This document shows positions 32,735 to 45,031 of a DNA stretch of 64,000 nt, in pieces. Positions within the stretch are counted from its first letter, which is position 1. Each line of letters begins with the position of its first letter. Under the pieces are notes generated by a model. The model had not been told where the DNA came from and did no database searches. It saw nothing but the letters and a program-made list of their open reading frames with translations. The DNA lies in contig RQSC01000062.1 in the NCBI GenBank assembly GCA_013416795.1, positions 99,861 to 163,860 of the forward strand, written 5' to 3'. Source of the stretch: Prasinococcaceae sp. CCMP 1430 (Eukaryota > Plantae > Prasinodermophyta). The position numbers and the translations under genes are program-made.

Positions 32735-34620
32735 ATGGTGGCCGCGTCGTTGCCCGCCATTGTTGCCAGCGGAGCAGTCTTGGGCATCGTTGCACGTGCC
32801 GCGGCGCTGCCGCCTGCCACCGGCGCGTCCGACCTGGAAGTGCAGGGCAGCACGCCGCCGGCGCCCGACACTGGCTACTACGAACAAACGCTGGACCATT
32901 TCAGCCCGGTTGACAACCGCACGTGGTCGCAGCGCTACCTGTTCAGCAACACGTCGTGGGACGGCAGTGGCGAGCTGCCGAATGGATGTCGCGGTCCCGT
33001 TCTGCTCTACACCGGCAACGAGGGCCCTATAGACGAGTTCTATTCGGGCAACGGTTTTGTGACGGAGGTCCTCGCGCCGGCTCTCGGCGCCTTCACGCTT
33101 TTCATCGAAGAGCGCTACTACGGCGAGAGCCTGCCTTTCGGTGACTCCACGTGGAACACGTCTTCGCCCAGCTACGACGCCGCCAACCTACGGTACCTCA
33201 CGACCGAGCAGGTTCTCGCTGATTACAACGTGCTGGTGCAGGACCTTAAGAATGCGACGCCGGGAATGGAGAACTGCCCCGTCGTCGCCTTCGGCGGCTC
33301 GTACGGTGCCACCCTGTCCACGTTTTTTCGTCTCGCGTACCCCAACACAGTCATCGGCGCCCTGGCCGCCAGCGCGCCCACTGGCTACTACGACTCGCAG
33401 GCATGGCCGCAGTACGACGTCAACGACTTCACCTGGAGTTCAATCGTCGTCGATACGTACCTCTCCGCTGGCGGTCAGCCCTGTTTGGATGCCATCAACT
33501 CCGCCGTGGCTGCCATCGGAGCCACCCCGGTTGACCAGCTCGTTGAGGCTTTCAATGTGTGCAATGCATCAGGCCTTGGGCCAACCACCAACGCCGACCT
33601 CTTCACTTATACTCTCGAGGGGTACCCTCAGTTGGATTACCCTTGCCCAGTGCCGCCGCTGCCCGCAAAGCCCGCGACAGCCGCGTGCGTTGTGCTGACC
33701 GAGGCCGCCGCCAACGGCACGAACGAGGCGCTGATCTCCGCGGCGGCAGAGGTCACGACCTGGGGGCAAGGCAACCCCGATGGCTCGTGCATCCAGACGC
33801 TGCCCGAAGGGCCCGGCGACGTGCCGGGTGACGGCCCTGGCCCTGGGGCCTGGGGATACCAGAGTTGCACGCAGACTCTTCACCCGTTCAGCTCGTCGAC
33901 GCTCGATGGCCGTGGGTTGCGCAATTTCTCGTTCGTCTTGGCCGACGAGGAAGCCGTCTGCGACCAGAACTTCAACAGCACCGTCTCCCCCGATCTCGAA
34001 GCGCTCACGCGCACGTACGGCGGGTACACCATCCCCGCCAACATGATGGGCATCACCAACATCATCTGGTCGAATGGTACGCCGAAGATTCATTGACGAC
34101 GGCGCACGGCACGCGGCCGACACCAGCGCGCCCTTTCGACTCGGATGCGGCAGCCTCGCTCGTGCGGGCAATGCCGTCTTTGCGCCGCGCGTGGCGCACC
34201 GCTCTCCTTCATCTGACGCGTTTGCCCACGCCTCTCGCCCATTCAGGAAACCTCGATCCCTGGCACGGCGGGGGCTTCTATCCCCAGGGAACGGTGTGGT
34301 CTAACGCCAGCCAGCTGCACGTCGACGCCGGCCGCGGGCGGCACTTCATCTGGATCGATGGCGGTGCCCACCACGCCGATCTGCGCGGTCCTTGCCCGGC
34401 GGACCCCCCAGCGCTCACGCAAGCACGCGCGCTCGAACAGGGTACGTTGCTGCGGCAAGGCTCGGCGCCTTGTGCTTGTGTGTGAGAGCGCGAGCGTGCC
34501 CGCAGCAGCGCGCGATTGGCCGCGGCGTCTGACAGTCTGACTCGCGCCCATGCCCCGGCATCCTCTTCCCCATTCGAAGACATCATCACCGCCTGGATCC
34601 TCGAGGCGGCCTCGGCGTGA
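32735..34620 (+). CDS. Serine peptidase S28 (lysosomal Pro-X carboxypeptidase/DPP7-like); introns 34077-34246 and 34442-34579
   Basis: Signal peptide; QTLDHF, YTGNEG, ERYYGESLPFG, FGGSYG, IIWSNG|NLDPW, GAHHADLR. Confidence 0.92.
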
Positions 34621-34980
34621 GTCAAGCCCCCGCAGAGTGCACAGTCACTGCAAACTGTAGTCGTATAGCAAGTCTCTGACCATCTCCGGTTTTCTCTGAG
34701 TGTAGCGTGCAGTTGTCATCAGACGTTTCTTGTACAGTACAAGTTTTGACCAGCCCGGGGGACAGTTCCCCAACCGCCGCGCGGCACCGGCGTGCGCGCG
34801 ACGCGCGGGCGCACGCGCGGGCGGACGCGCGTGGAGGGCGCACGGGGACGTGCCTGCGCAGGCGTGCGCGGGTGAAGTCCATTCTTTGGCTCTGACGTAC
34901 TCCGAATGGCGTGCCACCGGAGACCACACCGCGGGCGCCGCGGCTCGGGGCGCAGAGTGCAGCTGCCCCGGGCCGGCGCG

Positions 34981-37900
34981 ATGGGGCGCGCGGCGCTCCT
35001 CTCCACGGGCGCCGCGGCGGCGCTCCTCCTCAGCCTGGCCGTGTCGGAGAATGCCGCGGCGTCTCCCGCATGTCGTACGAGTCGAGACTGCAACTCGCCG
35101 ATACCTTACTCCGCGCTAGCCGCGCGGCCGGCAGGGCCGAACGATGGCTACACGCCGGACGTGCTCGCGTCGGCGGGTGTGAGCGTCGAGCACGCTGCTG
35201 GGCTCGACCACGGCCTGCGCGTAACGGCCGCATTCCTGGGTGAGGTCTACCCCGCGCCTGCGTTCCTGTACGAGCCGGAAGGCCCCGACGAGAGCTACGC
35301 GCAGGTGACGGAGGCCTTCTGTGCACAACAGAGCTTGTTTTGGGAAGACCCGAACTGCGGGTCATCCGAAGTCAGGTCGGCGCAGGGCGGGGGCGGCCAG
35401 TACTACGTCTCCACTTTGCCGCACTGCGATGAGAAGTGCGGGGAGAACGAGGCGGCCATCGCGCCGCTCTTCATAATGCCGGGCAGCAACAGCAATGGCG
35501 TCGACGTCGCCGCGCGCGCGGTGCACGAGTATACGCACGCCTTCCAATTCCTGCATGGCGGTCTGATCCCCGCGTGGCTGATGGAGGGCGGTGCAGTGCA
35601 ACTCGAATGTCTGCTCGCCTCGCAGCTGCACTCGCCGCCCAAATACGACTACTTCTCCGGTTCGTACAGCAGTTGCTTCAAGTATGGAGGGGGCGGCGGG
35701 GGTATCCTGCGCAACACATTCAGCGGCTACCAGCCCGATGGCGGCGCCGCGCGCCCCGCGTTCGCCGACCTGCGGTATGCGGATGACCGCTGCTGCGATA
35801 CCGACCCCGCCTGCCCGCGAGACAGCACGTTGCACATCCCGAGTGGCCGAGACGATCCGACATCCAAGTACGGTCCAGGCTATGATCGCAAGCTCATATA
35901 CGACGCCGGCGCCTATGCCGTTGCCTTCGCCATCCATCGAGCGAACTCGTCGAGCGCCGACTTCTGGCGCTCGATGTCCAAGGGCTTCTGGCACACCATC
36001 GCGTCCGTGCCGGTCGGGTCCACCGACTACGTGTCGTCGTACCCGAGCATGGTACCCGAGGGAGTCGGCTGGAAGGCGGCGCTCTGCAACTTCACGGGCG
36101 ATGCCACTGTGGAGGATTTCTACGCTGCCTTCGAGGCCCACGTTCTTGCCGCTGGGGACGCCGACGCGCTGGCTGCGGTGCTTGAGTCCGATGCTGACAT
36201 CGCCGCACAGGCGGCAACCGTCGCGGACGTCCTCGGTGGCGACTATCGCACTGCCGGGGAGAGGGCATGTTCCGCGGGGTCGAGCCCGAGCCCGTACGCA
36301 GACACGCGAAACTCGCCCCCGTGGAGCTACGGCGGCTCGCCGCCGTGGAGCACATGCAACAATGGCCTTTGCCCCGAGGGCTGGAAGGGCGACGGCACGT
36401 GCGACGATGCATGCAGAAATCCCGACTGCGGATGGGACCACGGCGATTGCTGTACGACCGTTACCGGCTGCAAGGACAAGTGGCTCGGCGACGGCCACTG
36501 CGATGACCAGTGCAACAACGAGATCTGCGAGTGGGATCGCGGCGACTGCGGCCACGACGAGCACCAAGACGACAAGTCGCCCCACAACAACACCGACAGT
36601 GGGAGCACATGCAACAATGGCCTTTGCCCCGAGGGCTGGAAGGGCGACGGCACGTGCGACGATGCATGCAGAAATCCCGACTGCGGATGGGACCACGGCG
36701 ATTGCTGTACGACCGTTACCGGCTGCAAGGACAAGTGGCTCGGCGACGGCCACTGCGATGACCAGTGCAACAACGAGATCTGCGAGTGGGATCGCGGCGA
36801 CTGCGGCCACGACGAGCACCAAGACGACCACCACGACGGCAATCACTGTGATGAGAACATGTGTCCGCATAAATGGAAGGGCGACGGCACGTGCGACGAC
36901 GCTTGCATGAACCCTGAGTGCGAATGGGACTGGGGCGACTGCTGCAGTGAATGGGAGAATTGCGAGAACAAGTGGCTCGGCGACGGCTACTGCGATGAGT
37001 CGTGCAACAATAATGCTTGCGGGTGGGATTGGGGGGACTGCGACCACGACGACCATCACGACGACCACCACGACGACCACCACGACGGCAATCACTGTGA
37101 TGAGAACATGTGTCCTCACAAATGGAAGGGCGACGGCACGTGCGACGACGCGTGCATGAACCCCGAGTGCGAATGGGACTGGGGCGACTGCTGCAGTGAA
37201 TGGGAGAATTGCGAGAACAAGTGGCTCGGCGACGGCGACTGCGATGAGTCGTGCAACAATGATGCTTGCGAGTGGGATTGGGGGGACTGCGACCACGACG
37301 ACCACCACGACGACCACAACGACGACCACCACGACGAAAACCCCTGTGATGAGTCAACGTGCCCCCCTGAATTCAAAGGCAACGGAATGTGTGACTATGA
37401 CTGCATGAGCCCCGAGTGCCACTGGGACTACGGCGACTGCTGCGCTGAGTGGAGCGATTGCAAGAACAAATGGCTCGGTGACGGCGACTGTGACGACCAG
37501 TGCAATATCGATGTCTGCATGTACGACCAAGGCGACTGCGGATGGCCTGATGATGGACACCACGACGACCACCACGACGAGCACTACTGCGACGAGGTGA
37601 TGTGTCCGGACACCTGGAGGGGAGACGGCCAGTGCGACGATGCTTGCATGAGCCCCGAGTGCGGGTGGGACTACGGCGACTGCTGTGGCGAGTGGAGCGA
37701 TTGCAAGAACAAGTGGCTCGGCGACGGCGACTGTGACGACCAGTTGCAAAACGAGTACTGCGAGTGGGATCGCGGCGACTGCGACCACGACGACCACTGG
37801 GACGACCACCATGACGACCACCACGACGATCACCATGACGGCTTCGACGACTGCAAGTGCCCCGACAGCTGGGTGGGTGACGGCGTGTGCGACGAGCGCT

Positions 37901-38412
37901 GCGACAACGAGGAGTGCGGCTACGACGGCGGCGACTGCCAGTGCCATCCCAACTGCCCGTACACTTCGTGGATCGGCGACGGCGTGTGCGGTGCGTCACC
38001 ACGCCTGTGCGCACGCTCTATAGCGCGCGCGCAGTTGAGATGCCTGAGGCAACCGTGCGCTCCGCCCTGACACGCGCGCGTCCCCGCCCGCCCTCGCACC
38101 CTCGACCCACACGCCTGCCCAATTCACTCATTGACAATCCAAACTCCCCCCACCCCCCGAAATGCAGATGCCGGATGCAACCGCAAGGCCTGCGACTTCG
38201 ACGGCGGCGACTGCGTACCGGTGGACACAGGCAAGAAGACGGAAAAGAAGAAGAAGAAGAACAAAAAGAAGGACAAGAAGAAGAAGAAGCTCTCGAAGAA
38301 GCAGGTCAAGAAGCTCTGCAAGAAAGCGAAGAAGTCGAAGAAGAAGTGCAAGAAGGGCGACGCCAAGAAGAACTGCAAGTTCAGCAAGAAGAAGGGCTGC
38401 GTCCCCAAGTAG
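34981..38412 (+). CDS. Secreted HEXXH-motif protein with 14 Notch/LNR-like repeats, His/Asp linkers and Lys-rich tail; intron 37991-38167
   Basis: Signal peptide; AVHEYTHAFQ..WLMEGGA; C-x(3-5)-C-x4-GDGxCDxxCxxxxCxWDxGDC repeats; phase-1 intron restores VC|DAGCNRKACDFDGGDC. Confidence 0.85.
36347..36828 (+). repeat. Identical 227-bp direct repeat (36347-36573 and 36602-36828; 255-bp period) encoding LNR pairs
   Basis: Base-by-base comparison. Confidence 0.9.
36823..37310 (+). repeat. Near-identical direct repeat, 249-bp period, encoding LNR pairs
   Basis: aatcactgtgatgagaacatgtgtcc starts at 36841 and at 37090. Confidence 0.85.
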
Positions 38413-38526
38413 GCCAGGGCACTCTCTCTCTCTCTCTCTAGACACACTTGTAGTCCACTCTAGAGAGAGCTAGGCCTGGTCCACTCGAGATCTTGCACCT
38501 GGCGCTTGCTCTCGAGCTCTCATTGT

Positions 38527-38534
38527 AAACCCTA
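38527..38534 (+). promoter_or_regulatory. Telo-box-like motif upstream of the SDR gene
   Basis: AAACCCTA. Confidence 0.3.
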
Positions 38535-38707
38535 CATTCGCTCTCCCCTAACCATCATCCCCGCACCCTGGGATGAGAGGCGTGTGCGCGCAGCGGATAA
38601 ACGCCTGCGGCGGTCGGTGCCACACCTGGTGCGGTGCCCGCGTGGCGAGGCTTGGGAACGACGCGCACGGCTCTCGCTCTTGCCCTCCGCCGCCGAGGGC
38701 GTGGGCG

Positions 38708-39790
38708 ATGCGCACGCTCGCAGTCAGTGGTGGTGGTGCGCCGGCGGCGGCAGCGCCGCCGTCAGCCCGGCCGCGGCAGCGAGGGCGGCGGCGGCAGGTG
38801 CGATGGTGCGCGGCTGGAAATGGGCCAGGAACGGACGCCGCAGGAGTGGCTGCGCGCGTGGCGGCCCTGCGCTCGGGCGAGGACGGAGGGCTTGGTGTGG
38901 TGCTCACGGGCGGCACGCGTGGCCTAGGCTTCTGCCTCGCGCGCGAGCTGCTCGCGGGGGGCCATCGCGTCGTGCTCTGCGGCCGCAATGCAGAAAGGTT
39001 GCACGCTGCGCTGCGAGTGCTGCGGGATGGCTGCGGCGACGCCGCAGGCGAGAGGGTGGACGGCATCGTCGCCGACGTGGGCACGGCGGAGGACGTCGAC
39101 GCGCTCGAATCGTTGGCGCGCAGGCGCCTCGGCGACGTACACCTTGTGGTGCACAATGCCGGCGCCGCGTCGCGCCGCCGAGCGCCGCTCGCTGACCTCG
39201 AGGCGGATGACATTCTCAATACCGTCAACGTCAACGTCGCCGGGGGGCTGCTCACCGCGCGTATGGCGCTGCGCCTATTCAGGGAGCAGCCACCTGCGGA
39301 CAGCCCCGTGTACCACTACATGAGCTTCGGGTTCTCCAAGGCCGGGGCGAGCCTGTCGGCGAGTGCGCTCACGCACAAGGTGACGAAGCTTTCGCTGCCC
39401 GTGCTCGATAGCTACATTCTCAAGGAGCTCGCCTCGGACCGCATGCGCGACTACGTGGGCGTCCATCAGGTATCGCCGGGTCTGCTGCTCACAGACCTTC
39501 TGCTCGCTGATACAACGCCGGGCGTACGCTCGCTTGTCTTCAACGCGATAGCGGAGGAGCCGCAGGATGCCGCGCGTGAGCTCGCCCCCCTGCTGACCCG
39601 CGTCGACCAACGCGCGTCCCGCATCGAGCTTCTGCCGCTGCCCGCGGCCGCTGCGCGCATGGCTACCACCGTGCCGCGCGTGCTGCTGGGCGACGCCTCG
39701 GCCATGCGCTTCTTCGACAGGGAGGGCAACCGGCTCGGCAGCGCCAAGTACAAGGCGAACGGCGTGGAGGAGCTCTTCCCCGGCATGTAG
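38708..39790 (+). CDS. Short-chain dehydrogenase/reductase, chlorophyll b reductase NOL/NYC1-like, with probable transit peptide
   Basis: VVLTGGTRGLG, VHNAG, HQVSPGLLLTDLL, FNAIAEEP, FFDREGNR. Confidence 0.75.
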   Translation: MRTLAVSGGGAPAAAAPPSARPRQRGRRRQVRWCAAGNGPGTDAAGVAARVAALRSGEDGGLGVVLTGGTRGLGFCLARELLAGGHRVVLCGRNAERLHAALRVLRDGCGDAAGERVDGIVADVGTAEDVDALESLARRRLGDVHLVVHNAGAASRRRAPLADLEADDILNTVNVNVAGGLLTARMALRLFREQPPADSPVYHYMSFGFSKAGASLSASALTHKVTKLSLPVLDSYILKELASDRMRDYVGVHQVSPGLLLTDLLLADTTPGVRSLVFNAIAEEPQDAARELAPLLTRVDQRASRIELLPLPAAAARMATTVPRVLLGDASAMRFFDREGNRLGSAKYKANGVEELFPGM

Positions 39791-40287
39791 TTACTCTGCT
39801 GTAAATCTGATGGTACACTGTACACCGTACCTCTGTTTCCGAGGGTGCGAGGAGATCGAGAAAAAGATTTCGCCAGCGGCGCGGCAGCGCCGCTGCAGCG
39901 GCGCGCGCGCGAACGCGGCGCGAATGCAGGGGGGCGGGGTGGAGCAGGCGCGGCGCGCTCCCCGCCGCAACCGAGGACGCGCTGCAAGGGTGGCGTGCGG
40001 GGCGAGGGGCGCGGGGGCGGCGCTGACCGATGTTCTCGCGAATCTTGGCGTTGAGGTGCCCCGGGCGCGCGGGGCGAGGCCAGGCGGCGCAGCGGCGTTA
40101 CGGCACGGGAGGGAGGCGCGCGGAGAGCTGCTGGGGGGCGCGCGCGTGCGCGCCGCCCGGCCTGGAGCCGGGACAAAAAGAGCGCGCTGTTCCGCAGCCG
40201 GTGCGGCCGGCAAGGCCAGTGAGCTCCCGCGCGCGAAAGGAGCGCGGCCCGTGGCTTGGCCCGGGCGGGGTGGCTCCCCTCGGCGGC

Positions 40288-41136
40288 ATGCTCAGCTGCG
40301 CGGAAGCGGTGCTCGCCGTGGAAGGCGATGGCGACAACGGCAGCGAGACGCAGCGCCTGCTGCTGCAGCGCGGCAGCGACGAGCGCGACCCGCAGGACGC
40401 AGCGCTGCAGCAGCTTCCCATCGCCTCCAGGAGCAGCACGCCCGTTGCACACGTCGTTGTCGAGATCTTCGACGAGGTCTCCGTCGCGCCGCCCGTCGCT
40501 GATGGGACGCACCGGCGCACTCCCTCCATGCTGAGCGCATTCTCGGGCGGCGTGTCGGCGTCGCTGCGGTCCGTGCGCTCGCTGGCCTCCTTGTCTGCCA
40601 GCGAGTTCGAGGCTTCGCTCGACGCCGACGACCTCGACGCCGCCGAGGACCTGGAGTGCCCCTTGTGCGGGGAGTGCCTGTGGAGTGGCGACGTGGCGCC
40701 GAGAGAGGAAGGAGCGGACCCGGCCGTGGCAAACGCTGACGAGCGTCACGAGGCCGCAAGCCCAGTGGTGGCTTACACGTTCAGCTGCTGCAACCAAGTA
40801 TCATGCGCGGAGTGCGCGAGCAAGTGGTGCCTGAAGCAGAGGCAGGAGCGGGAGCGCGAGCAAGCGCGCTTGCTTCTCCACTCCGACGAAGTGCGGGAGC
40901 TTCCAGCACCTACCTGCCCGTTCTGCAGGAGTGCGATCAGCGACGAAGAGATGGTCGCCATGGGAGTCGAGGACGTCGAGCGGGCGGAGCGCGAAAGACG
41001 CGAGGCTGAGCTCGAGGAGCGGATGCAAGAGTACGTGCGCCTCAAGATATATCGGGGGCTCGGCCTCTTCCTCTTCCAGGCCACCATGATTGGGATGCTC
41101 GTGGGATTCACGATATCCAGCAGCCAAAAACATTGA
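40288..41136 (+). CDS. RING-finger protein with C-terminal TM helix
   Basis: CPLCGEC..SCCNQVSCAECASKW..CPFCR; GLGLFLFQATMIGMLVGFTI. Confidence 0.8.
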   Translation: MLSCAEAVLAVEGDGDNGSETQRLLLQRGSDERDPQDAALQQLPIASRSSTPVAHVVVEIFDEVSVAPPVADGTHRRTPSMLSAFSGGVSASLRSVRSLASLSASEFEASLDADDLDAAEDLECPLCGECLWSGDVAPREEGADPAVANADERHEAASPVVAYTFSCCNQVSCAECASKWCLKQRQEREREQARLLLHSDEVRELPAPTCPFCRSAISDEEMVAMGVEDVERAERERREAELEERMQEYVRLKIYRGLGLFLFQATMIGMLVGFTISSSQKH

Positions 41137-41381
41137 AACCGGCAGCATGCACAGCTCGCCGGCTGCACGCGGCACGCACACATAGATTCGAATGAGGCAA
41201 CGGTAGAGTTCACCATTGGCCGCGCCCCCCGGTAGGGTGGACGCGCCATCTCCATCTGTAATAGTCCGTATACCGCCACGCCTGTGCCGCCACGCGCTCG
41301 AGGGAGCATGCAGTGGACCACACAGAAGGACGTTGTCAACGCGTGCATAAACTTACATGATACGTTGCGCTTGCCGCGCTC

Positions 41382-44300
41382 CTATATTGAGCCGTTTGCA
41401 GTCCTTCCGGTGAGCGCATCCGTGCATAGCTGCTCCTGCTCGACGACGTGCTTCGCCAGGAACCCGGTGGCGGGACTGGCAGCGGGTGACCTGCCAGCGT
41501 ACGTGATGAGCTCCGACTCGGGGCGCCCCACGGCGCGCATGGCCGTGCGCAAGCGGGGCTGTGCGCAGCGTCCGCCGCGGTGCGTGCGAGGGCAGCGGGC
41601 GCGCCTGTCAGCTTTGATGTGAGACGGCAGGCAAGGGCGGCACGCAGACAGCCAGAGTGCGTCACCCACAAGGGGCTGGGGGCAGGCGCTGCTGCTCGCC
41701 ACGCAAGGCGTACCTGCATGTGGGCAAATGGCCCCATGTTCATTGGCTCCTCCTGGCACCACACCACCTCCGCATTGGGGTAGCGCTTGAGCTCGCGCAT
41801 GACGAGGTCGAAGGGGAATGGGCTGAGCTGCTCCACGCGCGCAATCGCCGACTTTGGCGCGTCGTCCCCGTTGTTTTCACGCATCTCCGCCAAGTCATAG
41901 TACACCTTGCCCGAACACAGGATGAGCCGCTTCACGTCGGGCTCCTCGGCAGCGCCGTACTTGCGGTCGTAGATGAGGCGCTTGAAGCGCGTGCCCTGCA
42001 GCTCGCAATCACCCACCTCGTCGTCGAACTCGTTGATGTTGGACTTTGCCATAGGGTGGCGCAGCAGTGCCTTCGGGGAGAAGACGATCAGCGGCTTGCG
42101 GAACTGACGATGCAGCTGGCGCCGCAGCACGTGGAAGTAGTTCGCCGGCGTGGTGCAGTTCACGATCTGCCAGTTGGCGTGCTGCAGCTGCATGCGGTTG
42201 TCCATGTCCATGTCCGGAATCACGTCGGGATGCTCGTCCGACATCTGCAGGTAGCGCTCCATGCGCGCGGACGAGTGCTCCGGCCCCTGGCCATCGTAGC
42301 CGTGCGGGAGCAGCATTACCAGGCCCGTCTGACGCAGCCACTTGGACTCACCGCTCGAGATGAATTGGTCAATGATCACCTGTGCGGTGTTGGCGAAGTC
42401 ACCGAACTGCGCCTCCCAAAGCACCAGCTGATTGGGGGACTCCATGGAGTAGCCCAGCTCGAAGCCGAGGACGCCGAACTCGGACAGCGACGAGTTTGAC
42501 ACGGTGAATTGGCGGTCGTCCTGGCCGGGGAAGAGATTGTCCAGCGGGACGTAGCGCTCGCCGGTCTTCTGATCGTGCAGCAGCGCGTGGCGGTGGCTGA
42601 AGGTGCCGCGCTCGACGTCCTGCCCGCTCAGGCGCACGTGGTTGCCCTCGGCCAGAATGGTGCCGAAGGCCAGCGCCTCGGCGGTGGCCCAATCGATGCC
42701 CTCGCCAGTTTCGATGGCCTTGCGGCGCGCATCGTACACGCGTTTAATGCCGCGGTGCACGCTGAAGCCTTCCGGCAGCTTCGTCATGGCACTGGCAATT
42801 GTCTTGAGCGTGTCGCTCGCGACGCCAGTGTTGAGCACCTTGCTCTGCTCGGTTGGCGCCATGAGGCCGTCCCAGTTGGAGCTCAGCCAGTCCTTCTTCT
42901 CAGCCTCGTAGTCGCTCGAGATATCAAACTCCTCGTTGAGTACCTTGAGCACGGCGGCTTCCATCTGGTCGACCTCGGCCTGCGTGAGCGTGCCCTCTTC
43001 AAGGAGGCGATTCTTGTACAGCTGCAGGGTGCTGGGGTGGTTCTTGATCTGGGCGTACATCTGGGGCTGCGTGAACGACGGCTCATCGATCTCGTTGTGG
43101 CCGTGGCGGCGGTAGCACACCAGGTCGAGCACCACGTCGCTCTTGAACTTGGAGCGCCAATCGGCGGCCAGCTCGCAGGCAGCCACGACGGCCTCGGGGT
43201 CGTCCGCATTGACGTGGAAGACGGGCGCACCGACGGCCTTGGCGAGGTCCGTGCAGTACGGGCTCGAGCGGCTGAACTTGGGGTCGGTGGTGAAGGCGAC
43301 CTGGTTGTTGACGACCACATGGATGGAGCCACCCGTGGTGTACTCGGGGAGCTCGCTCATGTGCATGGTCTCGAAGCACACGCCCTGGCCGGCGAAAGAG
43401 CCATCGCCGTGCACCTGCACGCCCATGACCTTGTCGAACGTCCTGTCGTCGTTGGCGTAGTACTGCTTCGCGCGCGTCTTGCCGCACACCACGGGGTTGA
43501 CGGCCTCCAGGTGGGACGGATTGGCGAGCAGGCTGAGGTGGATGCGCTTGCCCGAGACGGTGGGGCGGTCGAACGACGTGCCCAGGTGGTATTTGACGTC
43601 GCCCGAGCCACCCCACGAGTCGTCGCCGTCGACGCTGTGGTTCTTGCCCAGGAACTCGTTGAATATCTGGCGCAGCGGCTTGCGCACCACGTTGCCCAGC
43701 ACGTTCAGGCGCCCGCGGTGCGCCATGCCGATGACGACCGACTCAACGCCGTTCTCCGCCGACCTGTCAAGCAGCGACTTCATGCCCGGGATGATGGACT
43801 CGCCGCCCTCGAGGCCGAAGCGCTTCGCGGCGGTGAACTTGTTCGAGCAGAAGGTCTCAAAGTGTTCGGACCACATCAGCCTGTCCAGGATGGCCTTCTT
43901 CTTTTCCTTCGAGTAGCCCTTGGCCTTCTGCGACTCGATGCGCTCACGGAGCCAGTTGCACCTCTCGCGATCGGGGATGTGCATGTACTCGAAGCCGATG
44001 GTGCCGCAGTAGGCCTCCTCGAGCCGGGATATGATTTGGCGCAGCGTCTGCACGGGGCGCTCCTCGCTGAGGAAGCCAGACATGCGCCAGGTGCCCAGGA
44101 AGAACTCGCGGTCCATGTCCTCCTCGGTGAAGCCGTAGAGCGCCGGGTCGAGCGTGATGTGGCCGGGGCGCTCCCACAGCCCGAGCGGGTCGAGCTTGGC
44201 CGCGAAGTGGCCGCTCACCTGGTAGGCGCGCACGAGCAGGAGGAGCCTCATGGACTCCTGAATGCTCTGGTGGGACACCGACGCACCGGCGGCCCCTCCG

Positions 44301-44655
44301 CCGCCCGCCGCGCGCTGCGCCGTGACCGCCGCGGCCATCGTCTCGCCGAGCTTGCCGCTGTCGAGCCCGCGGAAGACCGCCTCCATGCCCGGGTCGACAG
44401 GCTTGCCCTCGCGCCAATCGGCGTGCATCTCCTCGAGGTACACCAGCGACGTGCCGTCCAGGTAGTTGTCCGCCATCTCCTTGAGCGGCACCGCCTTGGA
44501 CGCCCACGCGCGCATCGCCGCCGCCCCACCCATGCGCGGCGCGGTCGCCACAGCCGCGCCCACGGTCGCGCCTACGCCCGCGGCAGCCCCTCCACACCGC
44601 GCCGCGGCAGCCGCACCCCCCCCTCGCCCTGCGTGCCCCTGCGCGCCTGCGCCAT
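41382..44655 (-). CDS. OGDH: 2-oxoglutarate dehydrogenase E1 (mitochondrial); intron 41559-41713
   Basis: KRFGLEGGE, GMAHRGRLNVL, HGDGSFAGQG, RRHGHNEIDEP, SGQDVERGTFSHRH, LWEAQFGDFAN, GPEHSSAR. The presequence needs a frameshift in a homopolymer. Confidence 0.97.
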
Positions 44656-45031
44656 GCCGCCTGCGCACTGCAGCGGCGTCTCGCGCGCACGAAAAAAGCG
44701 CATGCGCTGCAGATATTTAATGCGGGCTCGCAGCGCATGCGTTTCGATGAAGCGCGTCGCCGCGCCGCGGGAAATGATCTCCCGTGGTTATTATTGATAT
44801 TTTTAATGAGAGTCACACTCGAAGTCAAAAACTCAAGCGCGCTGCGAAGTCCGACCGAGAGGTCAAACGTCATGCGCGCGCGCGCGCCTCATGCGCGAGC
44901 GGCTGGCTGCCACACAGCGTGCGCGGCACGCTGTGTCGAGGTGTGGTCCAAGAGCAGGTCCTCGCACGTCTCTCGGAGGCGGTCCCCCTTAGGATACAGC
45001 GCGGAGGCGCGGCACGCGCCTGGGGCGACGG

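Noticed and set aside
36347-37990. CRISPR-like or mobile repeat array
   Set aside because: The repeats are in-frame protein-coding LNR units, with no spacers or cas genes.
38421-38472. (CT)n tract with a short inverted repeat ctctctctag..ctagagagag as a MITE
   Set aside because: Too short and low-complexity; no target-site duplication or second copy seen.
42509-44797. Long antisense ORFs (also 16081..18531 and 60169..61494)
   Set aside because: Shadows of high-GC3 genes on the opposite strand, with no recognisable motifs.
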